A stretch of DNA of 64,000 bases from an uncultured Actinomycetes bacterium (GCA_963748255.1 CAVVIL010000003.1:111938-175937), one strand, 5' to 3'. Positions 35,555-45,541 are shown, numbered from the stretch's first letter. A program made the numbers and translations. The notes: generated by a model not told the origin, from the letters alone.

Positions 35555-37318
35555 TCAGCCGGGGCGCGGGAGGAGCACGACGTCGGCGCCGAGCGCCGCG
35601 GCGAGCGTCCGGTGCGCAGGGCTCGTGCCGAGGACCGTCGACCGCGCCGGGTCGACGCCGTGCGCGCGGGCGAAGGCGAGGGGCAGGCCCGGGAGCGGCG
35701 GCCGGCACCAGCAGACCGGCGGGCCGCCGCCGTGCGGGCAGACCGCGGCGTCCACCGGGCCCGTGACGAGGCGCTCGAGGCGGCCGACGGCCTCCGCCAG
35801 CTCGTCCACGTGTCCGTCGGGCCGCCAGTCGAAGACGAGGTGCGGCGCCTCCGGTGCGGCGTCCGCGACGGCGGCCTCCCAGCCGTCCGCGCCGATCGCG
35901 CGCGCGGCGACGAGGACGCCCGCGGCGTCCCGGCCTGGGGTCGGCCGCTGCTCGAACGGGACGCGCTCCACCTGGGCAAAGCCCTCGTCGTCGCTCGGCG
36001 GCTCGAGCTCGCGGAGCGCTCGCATCTGCGAGGTCGGGCCGAGGAGCCCCGGCTCCGCGCGTGAGGCGGCGCGCAGCTCGTCCGGGCCCGGGAGCGCGCC
36101 GAAGCGGTCGAGGAGGCGCTCGACGAGGTTGACCTGCGCGGCAGCGAGCGGCGTGTCGAGCCACACGCAGCGCACGCCGACGCCGTGCCGCCCGGCCGTC
36201 TCGACGACGCGGCTCCGGGCTGCACGGCCGAGGTACGTGTTGTCGAGGACCACGCGTCCCGGCCCGTGCGCGAGCTCGTCGTCGAGCGCCGCGTCGAGGT
36301 CGCGGAGCGAGCCGCCGCGCTCGTCGCGGTTCAGGCGGACGTAGCCCTCCTCGACGAGCCGCTCCGCGACGCGGCTCTTGCCGGCGCCGGGGATGCCCAT
36401 CACGAGGACGACCCCGGCATCCAAGTCCGCGTCCCTCCGGCGTGGGGCCTCCGGGCGGTGCGCGCCGAACGCCGACCCGAGCGCCTCGAGCTCCCGCGCG
36501 TCGAGATCGAGCCGTGCTGCACGCGCGGCCGAGCGGGCCGTCTCCGGCGTCCGCGCGCCGGGGATCGCGACGAGGCCCGGAGCGAGCGAGAGCACCCAGG
36601 CGAGGGCGACCTCGGCCGGGCTCGCGTCGTGCGCGGCCGCGACCGTGCGGAGCGCCTCGCTCCGGGCGAGGCGGGGCGCGCGCGCCGGCCCGCCGAGCGG
36701 CGCGTGGGCGAGCACGGCGAGCCCGCGCTCGACGCAGCGGTCGACCACCCCGCCGCGCAGGGCGCGGTCGTCGAACGGCGAGAGCGCGACCTCCACGGCG
36801 GCGACCGGCGCGAGCTCGAGCGCCTCGTCGAGCTGGCCGCGCGTCACGTTCGAGACGCCGACGCGGCGGACGAGGCCCTCGGCGGCGAGCCGTGCGAGGG
36901 CGCGCAGCGTCGTCCGCCACGGCGTGCGCGGGTCGGGCGCGTGGACGAGGTAGAGGTCGATCGGGAGCCCGTCGAGCGCGACGAGGCTCGCCTCGCAGTC
37001 GGCCCGCAGTCGCGACGCGCGGCCGTCGGGGAGCCAGCGGCCGCCGTCGCGCGCCATGCCGCCCTTCGTCACGATCCGCGCCCGGCCCGCGGCGCCGGAG
37101 CGCCGGAGCGCGCGGGCGAGGAGGCGCTCGTTGTGACCGGCGTCGCCCTCGTCGAGGCCGTACGCGCGAGCCGTGTCGAAGACGGAGATCCCCGCGTCGA
37201 CGGCGGCCGCGACCGTCGCGAGCGCGCGCTCCTCGTCCCGGTCGGCGTCGGTGGAGAGGCGCATGCAGCCGAGGCCGACGCGCAGCTCCGCGGATCCGAG
37301 CCAGTCCGTCCTGCCCAC
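35555..37318 (-). CDS. Three-domain fusion: aldo/keto reductase + P-loop (AAA_33/polynucleotide-kinase-like) kinase + degenerate HAD-IIIA-like domain
   Basis: aa 1-~290 AKR (FDTARAYG, LYLVHAPD, VGVSN). Middle: VVLVMGIPGAGKSRVAE...VVLDNTY. C-terminus: CPHGGGPPVCWCRPPLPG, like GmhB/PNKP phosphatases, but the DxDGT and GDxxxD motifs are not intact. Confidence 0.75.
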   Translation of the reverse strand: MGRTDWLGSAELRVGLGCMRLSTDADRDEERALATVAAAVDAGISVFDTARAYGLDEGDAGHNERLLARALRRSGAAGRARIVTKGGMARDGGRWLPDGRASRLRADCEASLVALDGLPIDLYLVHAPDPRTPWRTTLRALARLAAEGLVRRVGVSNVTRGQLDEALELAPVAAVEVALSPFDDRALRGGVVDRCVERGLAVLAHAPLGGPARAPRLARSEALRTVAAAHDASPAEVALAWVLSLAPGLVAIPGARTPETARSAARAARLDLDARELEALGSAFGAHRPEAPRRRDADLDAGVVLVMGIPGAGKSRVAERLVEEGYVRLNRDERGGSLRDLDAALDDELAHGPGRVVLDNTYLGRAARSRVVETAGRHGVGVRCVWLDTPLAAAQVNLVERLLDRFGALPGPDELRAASRAEPGLLGPTSQMRALRELEPPSDDEGFAQVERVPFEQRPTPGRDAAGVLVAARAIGADGWEAAVADAAPEAPHLVFDWRPDGHVDELAEAVGRLERLVTGPVDAAVCPHGGGPPVCWCRPPLPGLPLAFARAHGVDPARSTVLGTSPAHRTLAAALGADVVLLPRPG

Positions 37319-37379
37319 CCGGCGAGCCTAGTGCGGAGGTCGTCGCGGCGTGTCTCGCCGCTTGATACCCTGGGGGGGT

Positions 37380-37844
37380 ATGAAGGAAGCGAGTCTCAAC
37401 CGCGTCGCGCTCAGCGCGACCGCGCACTGCCTCACGGGCTGTGCGATCGGCGAGGTGCTGGGCGTCGCGATCGGCACCGCGCTCGGCTGGGGCAACCTGG
37501 CGACGATCGTGCTCGCGGTCGGGCTCGCGTTCCTCTTCGGCTACTCCCTGACGATGGTCCCCCTGCTCCGGGCGGGCCTCGCCTTCGCGACGGCCGTCCC
37601 GCTCGCCCTGGCGAGCGACACGCTCTCGATCGCGGTCATGGAGATCGTGGACAACGGCGTGCTCCTCCTCGTCCCGGGAGCGATGGAGGCGGGGCTCGAC
37701 GAGCCGCTCTTCTGGGGCTCGCTCGCCTTCGCGCTCGCGGTGGCGTTCGTCGCGGCCTTCCCCGTCAACCGCTGGCTGATCGCCCGCGGCAAGGGGCATG
37801 CGGTCGTCCACGCGCATCACGGGCACGCGCAGCACGGTCACTGA
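37380..37844 (+). CDS. DUF4396 family membrane protein with His-rich tail
   Basis: ATAHCLTGCAIGEVLG signature, 4 TM helices, C-terminal HAVVHAHHGHAQHGH. ATG at 37380 follows a G7 run. An upstream alternative start at 37350 is possible. Confidence 0.7.
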   Translation: MKEASLNRVALSATAHCLTGCAIGEVLGVAIGTALGWGNLATIVLAVGLAFLFGYSLTMVPLLRAGLAFATAVPLALASDTLSIAVMEIVDNGVLLLVPGAMEAGLDEPLFWGSLAFALAVAFVAAFPVNRWLIARGKGHAVVHAHHGHAQHGH

Positions 37845-37850
37845 GGAGCG

Positions 37851-38702
37851 CTACGTCGCCAGCGCGAGCGCGACGAGCGCCGGGAGGACGACCCAGACGC
37901 CGATCGTGACGGAGATCGCGACGACCGCGAACGTCCGCGAGCGGTCCTTCGGCGGCCGGCCGCAGTGCCCGATGTCCTCCCAGACCGCCTCGAGCGGCGC
38001 CCGGGCCGAGAGCTGGATCCGGTTCGACGCGAGCGCGCTGCCGCGGAGCAGGACCCACGAGAGGCCGAGGCCGATCGCGACGCCGCCGATCCCGACGAGG
38101 GCCGCGACCCACCAGCGGTCGAAGGTGAACCCCGTGACGAGCCGCCAGACGGTCGCGCCGAGCGGGATCAGGAGGCCGGCGATCACGAAGGAGGGGACGC
38201 CGATCTCGCGCGAGCGCATGATCTCGCAGAGCGCCGTGGCGTCGAACCGGGCGGGGCGGAGGAGCTTCAGCTCCCGCGAGTCGGAGGCCGCCTCCATCTC
38301 GCGCATCCAGTAGAGGTTGCGCATCGTCGTGGCGACGCTCTTGAGGTACGAGACGACGACGTAGCGGGCGACGAGCTCCACCATCCAGCGGACGACGGAC
38401 TGGAACGGCCCGAGCGACGAGCCCGCTCGCGACCCGTGGAAGCCGTGACGACGCAGGCTCTCGAGCGCCTCGAGCGCGCGCCGGTGGTCGACGTCGAAGC
38501 GGTCGGGGTGGGCCAGCACCTCCGTGCGCGCGAGCTCCGCGAGCATCTCGCGCTCCCGCGGCGACTGGACCTCGAGCTCGTCCAGGAAGGACGCGATCGC
38601 CGTGTCGTCGCCGGAGAGGAGCCGCAACCGGTCGAGCGGGCTGTCGAACTCCGCTCCGTCGTCGCGCCCCGTGTTGTCATCGGGTGAAGACGCGGCCGTC
38701 AC
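37851..38702 (-). CDS. Hypothetical membrane protein
   Basis: 283-aa ORF. Soluble N-terminal half, then 3-4 TM helices. No family recognised. The start is uncertain because it abuts a divergent gene. Confidence 0.5.
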   Translation of the reverse strand: MTAASSPDDNTGRDDGAEFDSPLDRLRLLSGDDTAIASFLDELEVQSPREREMLAELARTEVLAHPDRFDVDHRRALEALESLRRHGFHGSRAGSSLGPFQSVVRWMVELVARYVVVSYLKSVATTMRNLYWMREMEAASDSRELKLLRPARFDATALCEIMRSREIGVPSFVIAGLLIPLGATVWRLVTGFTFDRWWVAALVGIGGVAIGLGLSWVLLRGSALASNRIQLSARAPLEAVWEDIGHCGRPPKDRSRTFAVVAISVTIGVWVVLPALVALALAT

Positions 38703-39428
38703 GTGGTCGCGATGCTACGCCGTTGTTACCCTTCTCGTCCCGTGGGCAACTGGACGCTCTACTTCGTCTTCCTCATTCCGCCGCTGATCCTGGGCTTCGT
38801 CGTCCAGCACTGGCTGAAGAAGACCGTGGCCGCGAACATGCAGGTCGCCGTCGCGAGCGGTCTCACGGGGGCCGACGTCGCGCGCCAGATCCTCGATCGC
38901 AACGGCCTCCAGGGCGTCCCCGTCGAGGTGTCGCCGGGCGGCCCGCTCTCCGACCACTACGACCCGCGGAAGAAGTCCGTGCATCTCTCCGAGCCGGTCT
39001 ACGGCGGCCGCGCGGTCGCGTCCACCGCGATCGCCGCGCACGAGGTCGGGCACGCGATCCAGCACGCCAAGGCCTACGGCCCGTTCCGGCTCCGGTCGGC
39101 GATGTGGCCCGCCGTCGCGTTCGCCTCGAACGCGTGGCTGATCCTGCTGCTGATCGGCGCCTTCTCGCAGCTCTTCGGGCTCGTCACCTTCGCCGTGATC
39201 CTCTACGCCGTCGTCGTCCTCTTCCAGATCGTCACCCTGCCCGTGGAGTTCGACGCCTCGCGGCGGGCGATGGCCCAGCTGAACGACATGGGCCTCGTCT
39301 CGCGCGGCGAGGCGCAGGGAGCCCGCAAGGTGCTCACCGCCGCCGCGATGACCTACGTCGCCGCCGCGCTGGCTGCGCTCTCGCAGCTCGCGTACTACGC
39401 GCTGGTCTTCCTCGGCAACCGGAACTGA
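38703..39428 (+). CDS. Zinc metallopeptidase, YugP-like membrane protease
   Basis: HEVGHAIQH zinc motif between TM helices, with the YugP-like layout. The true start is probably ATG 38712 or GTG 38742. Confidence 0.8.
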   Translation: MVAMLRRCYPSRPVGNWTLYFVFLIPPLILGFVVQHWLKKTVAANMQVAVASGLTGADVARQILDRNGLQGVPVEVSPGGPLSDHYDPRKKSVHLSEPVYGGRAVASTAIAAHEVGHAIQHAKAYGPFRLRSAMWPAVAFASNAWLILLLIGAFSQLFGLVTFAVILYAVVVLFQIVTLPVEFDASRRAMAQLNDMGLVSRGEAQGARKVLTAAAMTYVAAALAALSQLAYYALVFLGNRN

Positions 39429-39440
39429 CCGCGCAAGCCC

Positions 39441-40565
39441 GTGCGGGTCATCGCGCTGATCGTGCGTGCAGGCGCAGTCGTCGCCCTGAGCGCCGTCGTG
39501 GTCGCGCTGCTCGTCGACGGCACCGAGCAGCCGGCGACCGAGCGCGCCGCCGTCCAGACTGTCGCCCAGCCGGCGCCGCGGCCGCGCCCCGAGCAGGTGC
39601 CGGAGCAGCCGCCGACGCCTGTCCCGATCTCGATCACGGCGACGGGCGACATCGCGTTCGGCGCGGCCCCCGACCTCCCGCCCGACGACGGTCGCGGCTT
39701 CTTCTCCGACGTCCAGGCCGACCTCGCGGGCGACGTCGTCCTCGGCAACCTCGAGGGCACGCTCGCCGACAGCGGCGTCGCGCGGTGCGCCGGACGCGAG
39801 GGCTGCCGCCCCTATCGCGTCCCCACGCGTTACGCGACGCGGCTCGGCGACGCCGGCTTCACGGTCGTCAGCCTGGCGAACGACCACGCCTTCGACTTCG
39901 GCGAGCCGGGACTGCGCCAGACGGTCGAGGCGCTGTCCGCCGCCGGCGTCGGCCACACCGGACGGCGCGGCCAGGTCAGCGTGCAGCCGGTCGGCTCGGT
40001 GGACGTCGCGATCGTCGGGTTCGCCCCGACCGACTGGTCGGCCTCGGTGACCGACATCGCCGAGGCGAAGCGCCTCGTCCGCCGCGCCGCCCGCACGGCC
40101 GACGTCGTCGTCGTCGCCATGCACGGCGGCGCCGAGGGCGCGGGGGAACAGCACGTCGGCCTGGGCAACGAGCGCTACCTCGGCCGCAACCGGGGCGACG
40201 TCGTCCGCTTCGCGCACGCGGTCGTCGACGCCGGCGCCGATCTGGTCGTCGGCCACGGCCCGCGCGTCCTCCGCGGGATGGAGTGGTACAAGGGCCGGCT
40301 GATCGCCTACTCGCTGGGGACGCTGGGCGGCTACGAGGTCGTGCCGCGCGGTGGCCCGCTCTCGGTCGGCGCGATCCTCCGCGTGACGCTCTCGAGCGAC
40401 GGCACGTTCGAGACGGGCCGGCTCGTCGCGACCCGCATGGTCGGTGCGGGCCTGCCCGCGCTCGACCCCGCCGAGACCGCGCACGGCGTCGTGCGCGAGC
40501 TCTCGCGGGAGGACTTCGGCGCTCGGGCCGTCGAGGTCTCCGGCGACGGCCTGCTCTCGCGCTGA
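39441..40565 (+). CDS. CapA family (PGA_cap) metallophosphatase-like protein
   Basis: ITATGDIAFG, LGNLEGTL, LANDHAFDFG, VVAMHGGAEG, VVGHGPRVLRG, IAYSLG. Confidence 0.8.
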   Translation: MRVIALIVRAGAVVALSAVVVALLVDGTEQPATERAAVQTVAQPAPRPRPEQVPEQPPTPVPISITATGDIAFGAAPDLPPDDGRGFFSDVQADLAGDVVLGNLEGTLADSGVARCAGREGCRPYRVPTRYATRLGDAGFTVVSLANDHAFDFGEPGLRQTVEALSAAGVGHTGRRGQVSVQPVGSVDVAIVGFAPTDWSASVTDIAEAKRLVRRAARTADVVVVAMHGGAEGAGEQHVGLGNERYLGRNRGDVVRFAHAVVDAGADLVVGHGPRVLRGMEWYKGRLIAYSLGTLGGYEVVPRGGPLSVGAILRVTLSSDGTFETGRLVATRMVGAGLPALDPAETAHGVVRELSREDFGARAVEVSGDGLLSR

Positions 40566-40571
40566 CCCGCG

Positions 40572-41003
40572 TCAGCGCTTCGTGAAGACCCAGTCGTTCG
40601 CCCGTGCCTGCATGTGGCACGAGACGCAGAGCTGCCCCTGCGCGAGGACGCCGTAGCGCGATCCCGCGCGGGTGTACTCCACCCACTGCCAGCGGCCCGC
40701 CACCTTCCGCATGACCGCCACCTGGCCCGCGGGCCCGCGCGCGCCGGGCTCGGCGATCGTCTTGACGATCACCGTGCCGTTCGGGAACCGCCGGCTCGCC
40801 CCGCGCGGCCGGCTCGCGTAGACGTTCTTCACGCCGTTGTGCGCCCCCGGGGTCGAGAACGGCGTGCGGTTGAGCTTCGTCCAGCGCGGGTAGCCGTCCG
40901 TGTACGAGGGCAGTCCGTTCGCGGTCGAGGCGGCAGTCGCTGCCACCGCCACGCTCGCGACGGTGACCGCGGCGACGAGGAGCGACGCGATCGAGGCACG
41001 CAC
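40572..41003 (-). CDS. Cytochrome P460-like secreted heme protein
   Basis: Signal peptide and a single C-terminal CVSCH heme motif followed by NDWVFT. About 140 aa, the typical size of the P460 family. Confidence 0.6.
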   Translation of the reverse strand: MRASIASLLVAAVTVASVAVAATAASTANGLPSYTDGYPRWTKLNRTPFSTPGAHNGVKNVYASRPRGASRRFPNGTVIVKTIAEPGARGPAGQVAVMRKVAGRWQWVEYTRAGSRYGVLAQGQLCVSCHMQARANDWVFTKR

Positions 41004-41108
41004 GAACCCGATCTTCGCGTCTCCGGCCCGGGCGCGCCACGACGGAATCCTTAATTGCGGACCCGCGTTGCACCACTACGAGCCCGTGTGCAGACTTGGC
41101 GGAGCCCC

Positions 41109-41414
41109 GTGAACGAGCTCGTCACCCCCCGACGCCAACCCGTCGACGAGCCGCGCACAGCGCGGACCGGCTTTCGCGTGGTCGCGGTCGAGGCGCTGGG
41201 GCCGCTGACCGCGCTCGGCGGGATCGTCTGGGCCCTCGCCCAGCCGTACCGCGTCACCTTCTTCTACCCGGACGGGAAGGATCTGTGGGCCTGGCTCGTG
41301 CAGCCTCCACTCCTCGTGGTGGCCGCGGGGCTGGCGTTCGCCCTGCTCGTCGCGCCGGGTGTGGTCGAGGATCTCGAGCGGCAGAGCGCTCGACCCGAGG
41401 ATGCCACGGGCTGA
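41109..41414 (+). CDS. Small hypothetical membrane protein
   Basis: Two hydrophobic helices. GTG at 41109 is preceded by GGCGGAG. The ORF could extend to TTG 41055. Confidence 0.4.
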   Translation: MNELVTPRRQPVDEPRTARTGFRVVAVEALGPLTALGGIVWALAQPYRVTFFYPDGKDLWAWLVQPPLLVVAAGLAFALLVAPGVVEDLERQSARPEDATG

Positions 41415-41985
41415 GACCGCGCACTGGCTCTTCGCGGCCGGCTTCCTCTTCCTCGGCCTCGTCCTGCTCGCCGAGGCGATCGTGGGGCCTGCCGTCTTCC
41501 GGCAGCGGTCGTGGCGGGCGTGCCTCTGGCCGTCGCTCGCGCTCTTCGCGGGCGTCTGGCTCTGGGTCATCACGATCTTCTCCACCTTCTCGACGCTCCA
41601 CCTGTTCGCGCACTCGCTCTGGGCACAGGCGGCGACGGCGGCCGGCGCGGTGCAGCTCGCGGTCGTGCGCGGCCGGCTCTCGTCGCCGTACTGGTCGCTC
41701 GTCACGGCCGCCGCTCTCTTCCTCTCGGGCGTGTCGTTCCTCGTCCACGAGCAGAACGGCTGGCTCTTCGCCCGGTCGGCGTTCCTCCACCACCTGATCG
41801 GCTGGACGCTCGTCGTCGCGAGCGTCTTCCCGATCGGCGAGGCGTTCAAGCCGCGCCGGGCGGTGTGGGCGTACGGCTTCGCGGCGACGTGGATCGCGCT
41901 GGCGGTGATGCTCTTCGCCGACCGGGACGTGGCGCCGATCTTCGGCCATCTCTCCGACCTCGCCGGGCGGGTCTCCGCACCGTGA
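41401..41985 (+). CDS. Hypothetical His-rich polytopic membrane protein, upstream of copCD
   Basis: About 6 TM helices with conserved-looking His residues (LHLFAHSLW, FLVHEQNGW, FLHHLIGW). The stop overlaps the copCD start (GTGA at 41982-41985). Confidence 0.5.
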   Translation: MPRAETAHWLFAAGFLFLGLVLLAEAIVGPAVFRQRSWRACLWPSLALFAGVWLWVITIFSTFSTLHLFAHSLWAQAATAAGAVQLAVVRGRLSSPYWSLVTAAALFLSGVSFLVHEQNGWLFARSAFLHHLIGWTLVVASVFPIGEAFKPRRAVWAYGFAATWIALAVMLFADRDVAPIFGHLSDLAGRVSAP

Positions 41986-43289
41986 GGCGGACGCTCGCGG
42001 CGGCGGCGCTCCTCGCGCTCGCCCTGCCGGCGACGGCAGGCGCGCACGCGACGCTCGAGCGCGCGGAGCCGGGTGTGCAGAGCCGGGTCGACACGGCGCC
42101 GACCGCGGTCGAGCTGCGGTTCGACCAGTCCGTCGTCGCGCCGCCCGACGCGATCGTGGTGTACGCGGCGGACGGCCGCAAGGTCTCCGGCGTCGTCTCG
42201 CAGGGGGACGGCGGGCTCGTGATCCGCGCGCCCGTCGGGGGGCTCCGCGTCGGCGAGGCCTACACCGTCCGCTGGCGCGAGCTGTCCGCCGACGGCCACG
42301 TCGGTCACGGCGTCTTCACGTTCGGGGTCGGCGTCGACGCGCCGCCTCCCACGGAGGCGGTGGGCGCCTCGGGCATGACGTGGCGCGACGACGTCGCCCG
42401 CTGGGCGCTCTTCGTCTCGATCGCGCTCCTCCTCGGGGTCGTCGGCATCCGCCTGCTCGTGCTGCCGCGGACGGTCGACGCGCGGGTCGAGCGGCGCGTC
42501 CACGTGCTCGGCACGGCGGGCGCCGTGCTCGCGCTCAACGCCGGGATCATCGGCTTCGTGATCCGCTCCGCGAACGCGCTCCAGGTGTCGGGCGTCGACC
42601 TGCTCTACGCGGACCTCTCGCCGTTCGCCGAGGAGACCCGCTTCGGGATCGCCTTCCTCGTCACGACTCTCGGGTTCGGCGTCTGCCTCACCATCCTCGC
42701 GCTCTCCTGGGTGCTCGACCGGCCGGGGCTCCGCTGGCCCGCGTTCCTGCTCGCCGTCGCGCTCGTCTGGGGCTACCCGCTCTCGGGGCACCAGGCGACC
42801 GAGCCGAACGCATCCGTGCTCGGCCAGGTCGCCGACTGGGTGCACCTCGTCACGGCGATGCTCTGGGTCGGCGGCGTGCTGACGCTGGCGGTCGTCGTCT
42901 GGCCGCTCGCGCCCGACCTCCGGCGGGCGGCCTTCGTCCGCTTCTCGCGGATCGCGATCGGGCTGGTCGGCGTCCTCGTCGTCGCCGGGACCGTGGTCGC
43001 GATCGAGCGGCTCCCCACCGTCTCCGACCTCTGGGAGACGAGCTACGGCCGGACGCTGCTCGTCAAGCTCGCGCTCGTCGCCGTGGCGCTCGCGTGGGGC
43101 GGGATCCACCACACGTTCGTGCGGCCGCGCCTCGAGCGCGGCCCGGTGCCGGGACGGGTCGGCCGCAGCCTGCTCGGCGAGAGCACCGTCGCGGTGGCGA
43201 TCCTGCTCGTCGCGGCCGTCCTCGTGAACGGCGCCCCGCCGCCGGTCGACGGCGGCGCCGAGACCGCCCAGCCGTCCGCGCGTCCGTAG
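41982..43289 (+). CDS. CopC-CopD fusion copper-resistance/uptake protein (YcnJ-like)
   Basis: Signal peptide, then AHATLERAEP...ELRF (CopC N-terminal His motif). Followed by about 8 TM helices carrying CopD-like LSGHQA and WVHLVTAMLWVGG. Confidence 0.8.
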   Translation: MRRTLAAAALLALALPATAGAHATLERAEPGVQSRVDTAPTAVELRFDQSVVAPPDAIVVYAADGRKVSGVVSQGDGGLVIRAPVGGLRVGEAYTVRWRELSADGHVGHGVFTFGVGVDAPPPTEAVGASGMTWRDDVARWALFVSIALLLGVVGIRLLVLPRTVDARVERRVHVLGTAGAVLALNAGIIGFVIRSANALQVSGVDLLYADLSPFAEETRFGIAFLVTTLGFGVCLTILALSWVLDRPGLRWPAFLLAVALVWGYPLSGHQATEPNASVLGQVADWVHLVTAMLWVGGVLTLAVVVWPLAPDLRRAAFVRFSRIAIGLVGVLVVAGTVVAIERLPTVSDLWETSYGRTLLVKLALVAVALAWGGIHHTFVRPRLERGPVPGRVGRSLLGESTVAVAILLVAAVLVNGAPPPVDGGAETAQPSARP

Positions 43290-43328
43290 GCGCCCGGCCC
43301 GGGCGCGGGCCGCGGGTACCTTCCGGCG

Positions 43329-44360
43329 GTGCGCGTGGCGATCTCCGGCGGCGCCGGCTTCCTCGGCCTCCATCTCGCGCGTCGGCTCGTCGCCGACGGC
43401 CACGAGGTCCGCACCCTCGACCTCGTCCCGCTCGACGACGCAGGGCTCGCGGGCCGGATCGAGGAGCTCGAGGGCGACGTCCGCGTGGCCGCCGACGCCC
43501 GACGGCTCGCGGCGGGCGCCGACGTCCTCGTCCACGCCGCCGCGGCCCTCCCGATCCAGGTGACCCGCGCCGCGATCCGCTCGGTCAACGTCGAGGGCAC
43601 GGCCGTGACGCTCGGCGCGGCCCTCGAGGCGGGGGTGCGGCGCGTCGTGCTCGTCTCGTCGACCGCGGTCTACGGCGTCCCGGACCACCACCCGATCCAC
43701 GAGGACGATCCCCTCGTCGGCGTCGGGCACTACGGCGAGTCGAAGATCGAGGCCGAGCGGCTCTGCCTCGCCTTCGGCCGGCGCGGCCTCGACCCCGTGA
43801 TCGTGCGTCCCAAGACGTTCGTCGGGCCGGAGCGGCTCGGCGTCTTCGAGATCCTCTTCGACTGGATCCGCGAGGGCCGCCGCATCCCGATCCTCGGCGA
43901 CGGCACGAACCGCTACCAGCTGCTCGCCGTCGAGGACCTCGTCGACGCCGTCGTGCGCGCCCTGGACGCGCCCGTCGCCGGGGAGGCGCTCAACGTCGGC
44001 GCCGGCCGCTTCGGGACGGTCCGCGACGACCTCGAAGGGCTGATCGAGCACGCCGGCTCCCGCTCACGGCTGCGCCCGGTTCCGGCCCGTCCGGCCGAGC
44101 TCGCGCTCAGGGGGCTCGAGCTCGCGCGGCTCTCGCCGCTCGCCGAGTGGCACTACCGGACGGCGCACAAGGACTCGTTCGTCGCCATCGACAAGGCGCG
44201 TGCGCTGCTCGGCTGGGAGCCGCGGCTCTCGAACGCCGAGACGCTCTGCGCGACCTACGACTGGTACCTCGCGCACCGCGACGAGCTCCGCGCCGCCGGC
44301 ACGACGCACCGCGTCCCCTGGGACCAGCGCGCGCTCGGGCTGCTCAAGCGCGTCAGCTGA
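43329..44360 (+). CDS. NAD-dependent epimerase/dehydratase
   Basis: VAISGGAGFLGLHL, catalytic YGESK. 343 aa. Confidence 0.85.
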   Translation: MRVAISGGAGFLGLHLARRLVADGHEVRTLDLVPLDDAGLAGRIEELEGDVRVAADARRLAAGADVLVHAAAALPIQVTRAAIRSVNVEGTAVTLGAALEAGVRRVVLVSSTAVYGVPDHHPIHEDDPLVGVGHYGESKIEAERLCLAFGRRGLDPVIVRPKTFVGPERLGVFEILFDWIREGRRIPILGDGTNRYQLLAVEDLVDAVVRALDAPVAGEALNVGAGRFGTVRDDLEGLIEHAGSRSRLRPVPARPAELALRGLELARLSPLAEWHYRTAHKDSFVAIDKARALLGWEPRLSNAETLCATYDWYLAHRDELRAAGTTHRVPWDQRALGLLKRVS

Positions 44361-44382
44361 CCGGCGTCTACGCTGCCGCCGA

Positions 44383-45541
44383 GATGCGCGAGCTGCTCGA
44401 CTACCGGGCCGAGTTCCCGATCCTCGAGCACACGACGTACCTGATCAACCACTCGCTGGCGGCGATGCCGCGGCGGGCGGCGGACCGCCTCGCGGAGTAC
44501 GCGGCGATGTGGGCCGAGCGCGGGATCCGCGCGTGGGGCGAGGGCTGGTGGACCACGCCGATGACGGTCGGCGACCAGGTCGGCCGGATCGTCGGCGCTC
44601 CGCCCGGCTCGACCGTGATGCACCAGAACGTCGCCGTCGCGGAGGCGGTCGTCCTGTCGTGCTTCCTGCCCGCCGACCCGCGTCGCAACAGGGTCGTCTA
44701 CGAGCGCGAGAACTTCCCGTCGGTGCGCTACCTCTACCAGGCCCAGCCGGAGCTCGACGTCGTCGTCTGCGAGGACGACCGGGCGATCCTCGACGCGATC
44801 GACGAGCGGACCCTGCTCGTCCCGATCAGCCACGTCCTCTTCAAGACCGCCGAGATCCAGGACGTCGAGCCGATCGTGCGCCGGGCGCACGAGGTGGGGG
44901 CGCACGTGATCCTCGACTGCTACCAGTCGGCCGGGATCGTCCCGGTCGACGTCGCGGCGCTCGGGGTCGACTTCGCGGTCGGCGGCTCGGTCAAGTGGCT
45001 CTGCGGCGGCCCCGGGAACGGCTGGCTCTACGTGCGCCCCGACCTCGCGGAGCGGCTCACGCCGACCGTCACGGGCTGGCAGGCGCACGAGGCGCCGTTC
45101 GGGTTCGAGGAGGAGATGCGGTACGCCTCGGGGGCCGCGCGGTTCCTCACCGGCACGCCGAACGTCCCCGCGCACTTCGCCGGGACGGCGGGCTACGACC
45201 TGATCGAGGAGGTCGGGGTCGAGCGGATCCGCGCGAACTCGCTCCGGCAGACCCAGCTCCTGATCGACCTCGCCGACGAGGCGGGGTTCGAGGTGCGGAG
45301 CCGCCGCGAGCCCGAGCGTCGCGGCGGGACGGTCACGGTCAACGTCCCCGACTTCCCCGCCGTCCACCGCGAGCTCGCCGAGCGCGAGATCCTCTGCGAC
45401 TTCCGTCCCGACGCCGGCCTCCGGCTCGGGCCGCACTTCTACACGTCCGACGACGAGCTGCGGTTCGTCGTCGAGCAGATCGGCGAGATCCTCGAGACCG
45501 GTGCCCACCGGCGCCATCTCGGCGTCGTGGCGCAGCACTAG
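44383..45541 (+). CDS. Class V aminotransferase-fold PLP enzyme, kynureninase-like
   Basis: FAVGGSVKWLCGGPGNGWLYV resembles the kynureninase motif SYKYLNGGPG (PLP lysine). 385 aa. Confidence 0.75.

Noticed and set aside
35552-35557. The palindrome TGATCA formed by the abutting stop codons of two convergent genes.
   Set aside because: It is a coincidental consequence of TGA stops on both strands, with no extended symmetry around it.
33231-37318. Genomic island integrated at tRNA-Thr.
   Set aside because: No integrase or recombinase is present, and no direct repeat of the tRNA 3-prime end was spotted downstream. The genes are ordinary metabolic enzymes. Only the LOX-like gene looks compositionally slightly different.
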